A stretch of DNA of 64,000 nucleotides from Candidatus Akkermansia intestinavium (GCA_019115065.1 DXEH01000014.1:10683-74682), one strand, 5' to 3'; counted from the stretch's first letter, positions 8,287 to 18,020 are shown. Numbers and translations: made by a program. The notes: generated from the sequence alone by a model not told the origin.

Positions 8287-11200
8287 ATGGCCGCAACTCT
8301 GATCACCTACAGTCACAACGTCAAGCCGATCGAGGGCTGCTCCTTCGAAATTGTGAGGCTCATCTCGGGCACGCTCGAACTCTCGGCCCTCTACAGCTTC
8401 AAGTTTCTCATCAAGGTGCGCCCGGGAGATGAGGGACTCACCTCCTGCGTCAAGGCCATGCAGCAGCTCCTCGGGAGCCGCATTCGAGTCGATCTCCGCG
8501 CCGGCAACAGTCGGCTGCAAACCGTGCTCGGCATCATCATGTCCATCGAGTCCAGCACGCAGTACGGCAAGGGAGAAGACGCCGGCTGGTACGTCTGGAC
8601 CGTTCGCCCCGAACTCGCCCAGTCCTGTTACTCGTGCGGGCGGCGCATCTTTGCGGACTCTCAGCAAATCACCAAGGCCGGCGACGGCAACGATTCCGAG
8701 AGCTCCGTAAACCTCATCGACGTGCTGACCGCCTACTACCGGGTGCGCTGGAACACCGACATCACCTTCGATACCGCCGTCCGAAAGCGCATTCCCGATA
8801 CCATCCAACTGCGCCAGAACGACGAAAGTGACTACAACTTCCTCACGCGCCTCCTCGCCGCCTGGGGGCTGGGCTACACCTGGGACTTCAGCGGGGCGCG
8901 TGAATCCATCACCGTTTATGATGCCGTCGACTCCTCCCTGCCCCGCAGTGCGGGCGACCTCAAGAGCTTGACGGCAGACATCCCCACCATGCACCCCGTC
9001 TCCTCCGGCTCCAGCATGTGGAAACTCAGCTACGGCGTTCAAAATCTGCTGCATCGCAGTGATCCTCTGGTTGAAAATTACAACGCCGTCGTCAAGCAGA
9101 ACGAGGGATGCGTGAGCCTTCATGATGAGAGCTGGGACCAGCGCCTCGGCACGAGCTTTGAGCGCGACACGGTCGGCATCTTCCGAAGCCGGAACGACAA
9201 CGGGCGCAGCTGCCACGGCGCCGTGACCGTTCAAGAGGAGGCGGACGCCACCAATGCCTCCCGGCTTCGCCTCAGAGGCAAAGTGCAGTGGGCCACGGAT
9301 ACCGCTCAGTACAGCAGTTCCGACATCTACTACATTACCCGCATGCAGTTCAGCGCGGCCAACAAGTCCTGGGAGGTGATCATCAACGGGCGCACGCCGG
9401 ATGAACAATCCGGTCTCGGCATTCTGCCGAAACCCGTCCATCTGAACAACTCCCCGGATCTGAGCGAAGACGAGCTCATCTGCGGCGACTCCTGGCCCGA
9501 GCCGCAGCCGCGTTACTTCCTCGCCGTCGTTGAAGACGGCAGCATCTTCAGCAACACGGACGAAGACATTGTCAGCACACTGCCGTCCCGCAACCTCTGC
9601 AAAGTCCGCGAAATCGCCCCGCAGAGCATTAAAAAATCGGACAGCGTGCAAATCACGCTCGAGAATACCCTCTGGGTCGAGCTGGGCTCACCCTTTGCGG
9701 ACAAGGATAGCGGTCTGCTCACGCGCCCGCGCAAGGGCAACGTTCTGCTTTGCCTCGATCGCGGAGACCTGAGCATCCCCCTTGCCGTCAGCTCCCTTTT
9801 CCGCGACAATAATGCCGCTCCCTTTGCCGAACTTCACACTCTGGATCGCAAGACCCGCAAAGATGCGAACAGCAATGTCACCGACTACTCTGCCGTCACC
9901 CTGCGCAATCGCACCCACGTTCCGGCACGTGATTTCAGGCTGGAAAAAGCAGGACTGAGCAAAACCGAGCTTGACCTCAATGTTCGCGACGGCTCTCCGG
10001 GCACCGACAGCAGCGCGGCAAGCTCACGGTATGACGTTCAGGCCACGCGCCCCATTTCAGTCAAAGAGCTGGCCTCAAACCGCCTTCCCTTCAACCAAAT
10101 TCAGATGGTCTCGCTGGACAACGGAGTGCAGCCCGTTGAGCAAAAGGAGGCCATCAGCAACGTCTACCTCTCCAGTGCTGTTGTGGAAACCATCACCGGC
10201 ATGGCGCTGGATATGGACAACTCCTCCTACGTCATGGCGGGAGCCGCCAAAGACGCACTCAACACGCTCAACACCCCCATCACCCGACCGCACTTCGAAG
10301 GCATCAGCATGTACACCAACAGCGATATGCTGCTGCAATCCGCCGACCATCAAATCATCAACGCCGGCGGTGAAATCGTCGTCACCGCAGCACAAGCCAT
10401 CACTCTACGCGTCGGGAGATCCTCCATTCGGATTTCCGAAGACGGTGTAGAAATCTCCTGCCCCGCCGGACTGGTGCAAAATCCGGGAGCCTACGCCCCC
10501 TATCACAGCAAAACGACAGGGCAAATCGGCAAATGCTCCAGCAACCAGGGAATGGCACTGGGCGGCTCCATCCAAGTCGGCACCAGTGGCGTCACCGTCA
10601 AAGGGCCCTATGTCACCAACTTCGCCACCAACATGTTCAAGGCGTCGACCTTCCTGGGCTCCTCCTTCACCGTGTCCGACTACGCTGCCAAGCTCTACGC
10701 ACCCACCACAACGATCGTGGGCGGAGCGGCCTGGGTGGACAGCGTCAATAACATCGTAACGGGAGGATTTATCAAAAGCTTGGCCTTTGACACAAGTCTG
10801 TCCGAAACGACGACCTCCGCAGCCTACTCCGGCCCTCTCGTCGACGGTCGGAAGCTCGCAGCTCCGGAACTCTCCAACGGCACAGGGACAGCCGCCTCCA
10901 TTCTGGCAGGTGGCCTCGGTCTGGCCACAAGCCTCATGGGGCACATCAAGAACCAAGGCGCAAGCTACAAGAACCTTGTATCCGTCACGGGAAGCTTGCT
11001 CAAACTCGCGCCGGACACCCTCGAGGAATATGCGGACCACATCAATCGCTATGCCCTCTCCCTGTGTGACAAGGTGGCGCCTCTGGCCGGATTCAAAGCG
11101 CTACAGACGCGGACGGGAATCGAAAATATCGTCTCAACGACTCTAAACGTCCTTTCGTCCGCCACCAAAGCTGCCAACACCATGAGCGGCAAACTCAATG

Positions 11201-11802
11201 CTACATTGACCGCCATGATGACGGGCACGAAAAAATGGCAACATCAAGAAGATCTATATACCCTGATTTGCGGCATCTTATGGCCCGAATCAACCATGGA
11301 GGACAAATATAAAGAAGCAGGAGCAGAAGAGGTCAGAGCGAAGCTGAATCAGGCGAAAAGCGAGAGCAGGTCAGGAAAAATCGCGAGCGAAATCACGACC
11401 GCCTTGGCCGCAGCAATAATTATAGGAATCCCATACAGCATCATCGAAGCTATCTGCAAGCTCTATATCAGCGACGACTGCCACGATGTCAAGGGAAATA
11501 CGACGGAAGCCCTCTATACAAAAAAGGTCACCATCACCAGCAATACCTCCAATCTGCGAAAAGGTCGGAATGTACTGGAAGAGGAGGTCCACTCCGTCAA
11601 CTTCAGGAAAGAAACCGTCATCGGTGCAAATCAACAAGCAAGGCAGACAGACACGAGCATAGACGTTTCTAACAATACCGTGACTACTATAGACTCCACC
11701 GAAATTGCAAGCCTCCGCGCCGCAGTCCGAACCGTCGAAGCGAACTTGGGGCAACATACCGGCAACCTCGCTATCCACGGCGGTGCGGAACAGCATGCAT
11801 GA
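8287..11802 (+). CDS. vgrG: Evolved VgrG (TssI) with ~350-aa C-terminal extension
   Basis: 1171 aa. The N-terminus is gp27/phage late control D-like (QLRQNDESDYNFLTRLLAAWG). It has a gp5 OB / DUF2345-like beta-helix (GGEIVVTAAQAITLRVGRSSIRISEDGVEI). The extra C-terminal region contains hydrophobic segments. Confidence 0.85.
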   Translation: MAATLITYSHNVKPIEGCSFEIVRLISGTLELSALYSFKFLIKVRPGDEGLTSCVKAMQQLLGSRIRVDLRAGNSRLQTVLGIIMSIESSTQYGKGEDAGWYVWTVRPELAQSCYSCGRRIFADSQQITKAGDGNDSESSVNLIDVLTAYYRVRWNTDITFDTAVRKRIPDTIQLRQNDESDYNFLTRLLAAWGLGYTWDFSGARESITVYDAVDSSLPRSAGDLKSLTADIPTMHPVSSGSSMWKLSYGVQNLLHRSDPLVENYNAVVKQNEGCVSLHDESWDQRLGTSFERDTVGIFRSRNDNGRSCHGAVTVQEEADATNASRLRLRGKVQWATDTAQYSSSDIYYITRMQFSAANKSWEVIINGRTPDEQSGLGILPKPVHLNNSPDLSEDELICGDSWPEPQPRYFLAVVEDGSIFSNTDEDIVSTLPSRNLCKVREIAPQSIKKSDSVQITLENTLWVELGSPFADKDSGLLTRPRKGNVLLCLDRGDLSIPLAVSSLFRDNNAAPFAELHTLDRKTRKDANSNVTDYSAVTLRNRTHVPARDFRLEKAGLSKTELDLNVRDGSPGTDSSAASSRYDVQATRPISVKELASNRLPFNQIQMVSLDNGVQPVEQKEAISNVYLSSAVVETITGMALDMDNSSYVMAGAAKDALNTLNTPITRPHFEGISMYTNSDMLLQSADHQIINAGGEIVVTAAQAITLRVGRSSIRISEDGVEISCPAGLVQNPGAYAPYHSKTTGQIGKCSSNQGMALGGSIQVGTSGVTVKGPYVTNFATNMFKASTFLGSSFTVSDYAAKLYAPTTTIVGGAAWVDSVNNIVTGGFIKSLAFDTSLSETTTSAAYSGPLVDGRKLAAPELSNGTGTAASILAGGLGLATSLMGHIKNQGASYKNLVSVTGSLLKLAPDTLEEYADHINRYALSLCDKVAPLAGFKALQTRTGIENIVSTTLNVLSSATKAANTMSGKLNATLTAMMTGTKKWQHQEDLYTLICGILWPESTMEDKYKEAGAEEVRAKLNQAKSESRSGKIASEITTALAAAIIIGIPYSIIEAICKLYISDDCHDVKGNTTEALYTKKVTITSNTSNLRKGRNVLEEEVHSVNFRKETVIGANQQARQTDTSIDVSNNTVTTIDSTEIASLRAAVRTVEANLGQHTGNLAIHGGAEQHA

Positions 11803-11828
11803 CACATTCTCAAACGGAAAATCATCAC

Positions 11829-13034
11829 ATGAGCTGGAACGGTCATCAATTCAACAAACCCTGCATCTTCCTGCACCAAGAAAGCTTGGCCAGCACCGTG
11901 ATGCTCCGAGGATACGCACCGGGAGACGAAGAGAAGGAGCTCTTCCCGACCGATCAAATCGGCAATGAGCTTGCTCTTCAAATTCTGCTGATGCACGGAA
12001 AGACAGAAGAAGCCGTCAATCTGCTCAGCGCCTGTCTTATTCCGCGTGTTGGCGTCTGGTGGGCATACCTCTGCCTGCAACTGGTGCAGGAGGACATCCG
12101 AAAGGATTTGGCCAAAGATGGGTGCACCCCTAAGGAGCGCAGACAAAAAAGGATTGACGCCCTGGCGGCCAAGCTGACCGATACATCCGATATTGAGCAG
12201 GACATCAGCGAACGCATGCAGGGCATCGAACAACTGAGATCTGAGCTCGAGGAAAAGGTCAAAAATCGTGACTACCTGACACCGGATCAGCGTCTGGAGG
12301 CCAAACTCAACTACGTGCGGCAATTTCTGGAACAAATGCGCGACGCACTTCCTCAGGAAGCTCTCGGGGACCCCAATGCCCCCATGCCTATGGAAGACGT
12401 CGTCAACCGATTCAAAGACATGGCCCTTCGGGAGCTGGATCAATACTATGAATCCCTCAATCCCAAGCCGGAATCAGAGCACCCTCTTTCCTTCGGCCCC
12501 GTCTACGAAGCGATCAAGAAGAAGACCGAAGCCATCAAGCCGGCCATCGACAAGGAGATGAACAAGCACTTCCCCCTGAAGATCAAGGGACTGCCGCCCA
12601 AGCCCTCACCGGCGACCAAGACGGCGGCCGTTGAGGCGGCTCTGCGCTGGCTGCTCGTGCCCACCGATGAAAACGGGCAGCTCGCCTGTCAGGCCGCCAT
12701 CGCGGCCAAGAGCGGGCCGGAGTCCATGCTGGCCTACGCTGCCTTCTGGAGCTCGACCAACCTCAAGACGGAGACCGGCATCGCCCCCACCAACCCGGCG
12801 CTTCCCCCGCTGGGCATCAGCAAGACCCTCCTTCAGCTGGCTCTGCTGGAGGGCGGCGAGATGGACTACGACGCACGCTACCGGAAGTTTCTCGAGCTGG
12901 GCATCGAGTGCGCCGACGGCACCTGCACGTGGGATGAGCACGGCAAGCCCGTGCGAGCGTCCGGCGAGCCGCGCCCCGAGGGCGGCGACGACCGCGTCTT
13001 TCGCACGCGCTCCGGCTTCGGGCGCGAATCGTAA
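11829..13034 (+). CDS. Conserved unknown protein, VgrG-cassette partner (paralogue of 16803-18014)
   Basis: The start is set at MSWNGHQF by alignment with the paralogue (MSWNGQQF). It is predicted all-helical with no signal peptide or TM segment. The shared blocks are RVGVWWAYLCL and ALRWLLVP.DENG.LAC.AAIAA.SGPE.MLAYAAFWSSTNL. Confidence 0.6.
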   Translation: MSWNGHQFNKPCIFLHQESLASTVMLRGYAPGDEEKELFPTDQIGNELALQILLMHGKTEEAVNLLSACLIPRVGVWWAYLCLQLVQEDIRKDLAKDGCTPKERRQKRIDALAAKLTDTSDIEQDISERMQGIEQLRSELEEKVKNRDYLTPDQRLEAKLNYVRQFLEQMRDALPQEALGDPNAPMPMEDVVNRFKDMALRELDQYYESLNPKPESEHPLSFGPVYEAIKKKTEAIKPAIDKEMNKHFPLKIKGLPPKPSPATKTAAVEAALRWLLVPTDENGQLACQAAIAAKSGPESMLAYAAFWSSTNLKTETGIAPTNPALPPLGISKTLLQLALLEGGEMDYDARYRKFLELGIECADGTCTWDEHGKPVRASGEPRPEGGDDRVFRTRSGFGRES

Positions 13035-13073
13035 AGCCCCGTCGGTCCTCAAGCAAGGGTTTGATTCTTCATC

Positions 13074-16000
13074 ATGCGCCTGACTCTGACATTGACGCTC
13101 TGCGACGGCCAGCGGGCCCGAACCGCTCAGCCAGAGGAGAGCGGTGCAGCTGCATCGAGCCCCCTTGAAATCACCCCCACCCGCATCATCGCCGGGCAGG
13201 AGGCGGTCTCATCGCTCTACGCCTACGAGATTCTCGTCAAAACGCCCGAGGAGCCCGGCCGCATTCTGGAGCAGCTCGGCAAGCGCGTCAGTCTGCTGGT
13301 GAAGGAAGGCGACAAAGTGTTGCACCGCGTCTTCGGCGTCGTGATGAGCATCGAATCGACCCGGAGCTACACCCCCGCCTCGGCGGAACAGACGGAGGCG
13401 GGCAAAGAGCTCTCCTGGTACAAATGGACCATCCGCCCGGCGCTCGCCAAGGCCTGTTACTCGCGCAACCGCCTCGTCTACAATTCCGACGAGCTGAAAA
13501 ATATCAGCCTTGCCGGGGTGGATGAAAGCGCCTCTCCGGCCGAGAAGCTGCTGCACCTGCTGACGTCGCGCTGGGACGCGGGTTCCCTCTGCATCAGCGC
13601 CAAGGCCCGGCAGCACCTGCCCTCCTTCATTCAGCTCATCCAGAACGACGAGAGCGACTACAACTTCTTCACCCGCCTGCTGGCGGCCTGGGGGCTGGCC
13701 TTTGTCTGGACGATGCCCGACGCGGAGGACGGCGCGGAGCAGAGGGAAAGGCTCTGCCTGTTTGACGCCGTCGAAGCGGACCGCGAACCCTTTGCGATGA
13801 AGGCTGAGGGAGAGAGAGCGAAGGAGGACGCGGCCCTTGCCGTGATGGAGCCCGTCTCCTCCCACGCGAGTCTGTGGAAGGCGCACTACGGCGTCGGGGA
13901 TCTCAGCGAGGGAGAAGTCGCGCTGCAAAACTACCGAGACGTTGAGAAAGGTGCGGCGGGAGCTTCCGCGGATGCGGTGCGCTTCAGCGTTCATGATGAG
14001 AGCTGGGATCAGCTGACCGCCGCTCCCGAGGCTCAGCGAATCCTCGCCACGGCCCGTGCCGCCCGAGCTGTGAGCCGCTGCTGCCACGGGCAATACCGCT
14101 ACCCGAACGGCAGCGAGGCCTTTCAGGCGCTCTCCCCCGGCCGCAAGGTCGCGTGGAGGGAGGGCTCGCGCCTTCAGGGGAACCTGGCGCCGGAGTACGC
14201 CATCATCCGCCAGAGCGTCGCCGCCACGGATCAGAACTGGGTCGTCACCATCGACGCCGTGCCGACCGGCGTCGACACGGCCATCGGGGTGCTGCCGCGA
14301 CCCGTGCGCGTCGCGGATCGCCCCAATCTCTCCGACAGTCCGCTGACGGAGGCCGAGGCTTGGCCCGAGCCCCGTCTGCGCTGCTTCCTCGCCGTGGTGG
14401 AGGACACATCCTGCTACGGCGAAGACGACACACGCAACCTCTGCAAGGTGCGGGAAATTGCCGCTTGGAGCGCCGCGCAGGAGGGGGGCGCGAAGCTGTC
14501 GAACGCCCTCTGGGTTGAGGTGGCCTCGCCCTATGCCGATAAAAACAGCGGTCTGCTCGCTCGCCCGCGCATCGGCAACGTCCTCGTCTGCCTCGACCGT
14601 GGCGATCTGAGCATTCCGCTGGCGCTCACGGCGCTCTTCCGCAACAGCAATGAGGCCCCCCTGGCCCGCCTGATGACCATCGATCGACGGACGCGCACGG
14701 CGGCCTCCGCCCCCACCACGGACGTCTCCGCCGTCACCCTGCGCAACCGCACCCATCTGCCCAAGCGCACCTACACGGCTTCCGCTGAGGATTCCGGCCG
14801 CGAAATGGACCTCGATGTGCCGAGCGTCGTCCACTCGGGCAGCTCCGGCTCCGCGACGTCCGCCTCTTCCGGCTCCTCTTCCGGATCCTCCGACGCAGCC
14901 AAGTCCGGCAGCTCAGGCAGCTCAGGCTCCTCGGGCACCGCTGCTTCCGACTCCGGAAGCTCCGGCTCCGCCTCCTCCAACAGCAGTACGGGCAGCGAGG
15001 GAGGCTCCGCCACCTCGAAGGGGGACACTCAATCGGGCAGCGGCAGCAGAGACAGCAGCGGGGGCAGTGACAAGGTGGCCGAGGATGTCACTCGGCCGAT
15101 GTCCGTCACCGAATTGGCGGCGAACCCGCTGCCCTTCAGCCAGATTCAGCTCATCTCGCTCGACAACGGCGTCCGGCCGGTTGAGCAGCGGGAGGACATC
15201 ACCAACACCTACCTCGCCAGCAGTGTTGTGGAGACCGTCATGGGCTTCGTCTCCGAGGCGGACTCCTCCAGCGGCTACGCCATGGCCGGCGCCGCCCAGA
15301 GTGCCCAGACCATCTACAACAGCCCGATCACCCGCCCGCACTTTGAGGGCGTCAACATCTACTCCAACAGCGACGTTCTGCTGCAATCGGCGGATCACCA
15401 AATCGTCAATGCCGGCGGTGAAATCGTCGTCACGGCCGCGCAGGGCATCACCCTGCGGGTCGGCAAGTCCTCCATCCGCATCACCGAGTCCGGCATTCAG
15501 ATTCAGAGCGCCACGGGCAAGGTGCTCAACCCCGGAGCCTACCCGGCCTACAACACCGAGGATCAGGGGCAGTCCACCCACCTCATGTCCAACGCCGGCT
15601 TGCCCATGAGCGGCTCGATTCTGGTTGACTCCAGCGGCGTGGCGACCAAGGGGCCCTACGTCACCTCCATCGCCACCAATCAAGTCAAGTCCTCCACGGT
15701 TCTGGGCTCCGCACTCACCGTCACGGACTTCTCAGCCAAGCTCTACGCGCCGGAGATCACCATCATCGGCGGGGCCACCATTCAGGACACGTTTCTCAAC
15801 GGTCTGATCAAGGGCGTCTTGACGGGCAAGGACATCTACACGACGGCCTCGGGCACGGACTCGTTTTACAACAGTGCTCTCGTCGACGGATGGAAGACGA
15901 AGGGCCTCATCGCTGTGGACTTCGCGGGCTCGGCCATCAGCACGGTCACGCAGGTGATCGGCTGGGCCGGCGCGCTGGGCATCAGCGACAAGTTCTCCTC

Positions 16001-16793
16001 CCTGCTCTCCGTCACGGGCAGCATGATCAAGATGAACGCCACAGCCATGACGCAGGCCTCTCCGCAGATCTGGCACTACCACAACCATCTGTCGGAAATC
16101 GACACGCCGCTGGCGGGCTTCTTCGCCATGAGTGAGCGATCGTCCCTGGCGAACATCGCCAAAAAAATACCGTCCTATTCATGGGTGCTGGGGGGAGCCG
16201 TGACCGCCGGGATGAGCGTCGCCGGCGGAATCGCGGGATCGGTGTTCGGCAAGAAGGCGGACGACGCGGATTCCTTTACCAAGCCGATCCCCACCGATCG
16301 CCCGAACACCACCTCCTTTGAGGACACCCACGGCCTGGGCAGCTCGATCGGCGCAGGCGTCGGTCTTGCGGCGGGTCTGAGCGCGTCGCTGATCGCCAAG
16401 TTCACGAGCAAAATCACGGCGTCTCAGCTCATGGAGACTTTGGGCAAAAAGCTCTACCTCTCCAAACTTCAGATGAGCGTGGGCATGGCCAAGCTCGACG
16501 CCCTGAAGAATGAGCAGACGGCCCTTCAGAAGCAAACCGATGCTCTGGACAAGTCCGATCTGGCGCTCATGCTGGAGGAGAGTGCCGCCAGTGAGAAAAA
16601 GCAGACCGTTGCCTCCGACGACCAAGGGGTCGCGGCCAACGATCAGAAGGTTTCCGAGAGCGACCAAGCCGTCGACAAAAACGACAGCATCATCAGCCAC
16701 AGCGCTCAGAAAGTCTCCTCGAATGAACAGGACTCCATCAACACACAAACCGTCTCGCTGAACACGCACAGCGGCACGAGCCTCAATATCTGA
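13074..16793 (+). CDS. vgrG: Evolved VgrG (TssI), second copy, with Ser/Gly linker and glycine-zipper C-terminal extension
   Basis: 1239 aa and collinear with the first VgrG. Shared blocks include NDESDYNFFTRLLAAWG, LCKVREIA, LWVEVASPYADKNSGLLARPR and GGEIVVTAAQGITLRVGKSSIRITESGIQI. Confidence 0.85.
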   Translation: MRLTLTLTLCDGQRARTAQPEESGAAASSPLEITPTRIIAGQEAVSSLYAYEILVKTPEEPGRILEQLGKRVSLLVKEGDKVLHRVFGVVMSIESTRSYTPASAEQTEAGKELSWYKWTIRPALAKACYSRNRLVYNSDELKNISLAGVDESASPAEKLLHLLTSRWDAGSLCISAKARQHLPSFIQLIQNDESDYNFFTRLLAAWGLAFVWTMPDAEDGAEQRERLCLFDAVEADREPFAMKAEGERAKEDAALAVMEPVSSHASLWKAHYGVGDLSEGEVALQNYRDVEKGAAGASADAVRFSVHDESWDQLTAAPEAQRILATARAARAVSRCCHGQYRYPNGSEAFQALSPGRKVAWREGSRLQGNLAPEYAIIRQSVAATDQNWVVTIDAVPTGVDTAIGVLPRPVRVADRPNLSDSPLTEAEAWPEPRLRCFLAVVEDTSCYGEDDTRNLCKVREIAAWSAAQEGGAKLSNALWVEVASPYADKNSGLLARPRIGNVLVCLDRGDLSIPLALTALFRNSNEAPLARLMTIDRRTRTAASAPTTDVSAVTLRNRTHLPKRTYTASAEDSGREMDLDVPSVVHSGSSGSATSASSGSSSGSSDAAKSGSSGSSGSSGTAASDSGSSGSASSNSSTGSEGGSATSKGDTQSGSGSRDSSGGSDKVAEDVTRPMSVTELAANPLPFSQIQLISLDNGVRPVEQREDITNTYLASSVVETVMGFVSEADSSSGYAMAGAAQSAQTIYNSPITRPHFEGVNIYSNSDVLLQSADHQIVNAGGEIVVTAAQGITLRVGKSSIRITESGIQIQSATGKVLNPGAYPAYNTEDQGQSTHLMSNAGLPMSGSILVDSSGVATKGPYVTSIATNQVKSSTVLGSALTVTDFSAKLYAPEITIIGGATIQDTFLNGLIKGVLTGKDIYTTASGTDSFYNSALVDGWKTKGLIAVDFAGSAISTVTQVIGWAGALGISDKFSSLLSVTGSMIKMNATAMTQASPQIWHYHNHLSEIDTPLAGFFAMSERSSLANIAKKIPSYSWVLGGAVTAGMSVAGGIAGSVFGKKADDADSFTKPIPTDRPNTTSFEDTHGLGSSIGAGVGLAAGLSASLIAKFTSKITASQLMETLGKKLYLSKLQMSVGMAKLDALKNEQTALQKQTDALDKSDLALMLEESAASEKKQTVASDDQGVAANDQKVSESDQAVDKNDSIISHSAQKVSSNEQDSINTQTVSLNTHSGTSLNI
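14835..15070 (+). repeat. Low-complexity Ser/Gly-rich coding repeat inside vgrG copy 2
   Basis: The translation is SGSSGSATSASSGSSSGSSDAAKSGSSGSSGSSGTAASDSGSSGSASSNSSTGSEGGS... It is absent from copy 1 at the equivalent position. Coordinates are approximate. Confidence 0.7.
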
Positions 16794-16802
16794 CACTCCG
16801 CT

Positions 16803-18014
16803 ATGTCCTGGAACGGCCAACAGTTCAGCAAGCCCTTCATCATGCTGCATCAGGAGGATCTCGCCTCCGCCCTGCACCTGCGCGGCTACGCCCCGACGGA
16901 GGACGTTCTCGCGCTCTTCCCGAGCGAGCAGATCAGCACCGAGCTGGCTCTCCGGATTCTGCTGACGCAGAACCTCATCGAGGAGGCCGTCAACCTGCTC
17001 TGCCGCGCCATCCTTCCCCGCGTGGGCGTGTGGTGGGCCTACCTATGTCTGCGCATGGTCAGCGAGGATGTCGCCCGCGACGAGGCGAGCGACGGGCTCA
17101 GCCCGGCCGAGCGGCGCCGAAAGGCGGCGCGGGATCTGGCGGCCCGCCTGAGCGACAGCTCCGATGTTCAGGCTCTCGTCGATGATCAGAAGCAGCAGCT
17201 CGACGCCGCAACTCGGGAGCTTGAGAAGGAGGCCGGCGAGCAGGGTTACCTCGACCCGGCCAAGCGCATCGAGCTGAAGCTCGCTTGGGTGCGCCAAGCG
17301 ATGGCGCAGCTGGAGGCTTCGCTGCCGCCGGGCTCGCTGGGCAGCGCGGACGGGCCGATGATTCTGCCCGAGGTCGTTCGCAGCATGCAGGAGACGGCCG
17401 AGCAGGATTTCGCGCAGATCGTGCAGCGCGTCACGCCGGCGGAGCCGTCGGTGACGGCACCGTCCTCGGATCGCATTTTTGAAGCGGCGAGAGCCAAGAC
17501 TCGCGCCGTGCCGGCGGCCGTCGAGGCCGAGATGAAAAAACACTTCCCGCTTCAGTTCCGGGGGCTGCCGCCCAAGCCCTCGGCGGCGACGAAGGCGGCC
17601 GCGGCGGAGGCGGCGCTGCGCTGGCTGCTCGTGCCCAGCGACGAGAACGGAGAGCTCGCCTGCCGGGCTGCCATCGCGGCGCAGAGCGGGCCCGAGGCGA
17701 TGCTGGCCTACGCCGCCTTCTGGAGCTCGACGAATCTCAGGACGGAGACGGGCGTTGCGCCGACGAATCCCTCGCTGCCCCCGACGGGTATCAGCAAGAC
17801 GCTCCTTCAGCTCGCGCTGCTGGAGGGCGGCAGCATGGACTACGACACGCGCTACGCCAAGTTTCTCGAGCTGGGCATCCGCTGCGCGGACGGCACCTGC
17901 ACCTGGGACGAATTCGGCCATCCGGTTCAGCAGAACGCGGGAGAATTGCGGCATGACAATGATCGGGACTTGCATGCGCGCTCGGGCTTTGGTAGAATGG
18001 GACAAGGATCTTGA
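16803..18014 (+). CDS. Conserved unknown protein, VgrG-cassette partner (paralogue of 11829-13034)
   Basis: 403 aa with the same N- and C-terminal modules as the first partner and a divergent charged central region. Confidence 0.6.
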   Translation: MSWNGQQFSKPFIMLHQEDLASALHLRGYAPTEDVLALFPSEQISTELALRILLTQNLIEEAVNLLCRAILPRVGVWWAYLCLRMVSEDVARDEASDGLSPAERRRKAARDLAARLSDSSDVQALVDDQKQQLDAATRELEKEAGEQGYLDPAKRIELKLAWVRQAMAQLEASLPPGSLGSADGPMILPEVVRSMQETAEQDFAQIVQRVTPAEPSVTAPSSDRIFEAARAKTRAVPAAVEAEMKKHFPLQFRGLPPKPSAATKAAAAEAALRWLLVPSDENGELACRAAIAAQSGPEAMLAYAAFWSSTNLRTETGVAPTNPSLPPTGISKTLLQLALLEGGSMDYDTRYAKFLELGIRCADGTCTWDEFGHPVQQNAGELRHDNDRDLHARSGFGRMGQGS

Positions 18015-18020
18015 GCCCTC

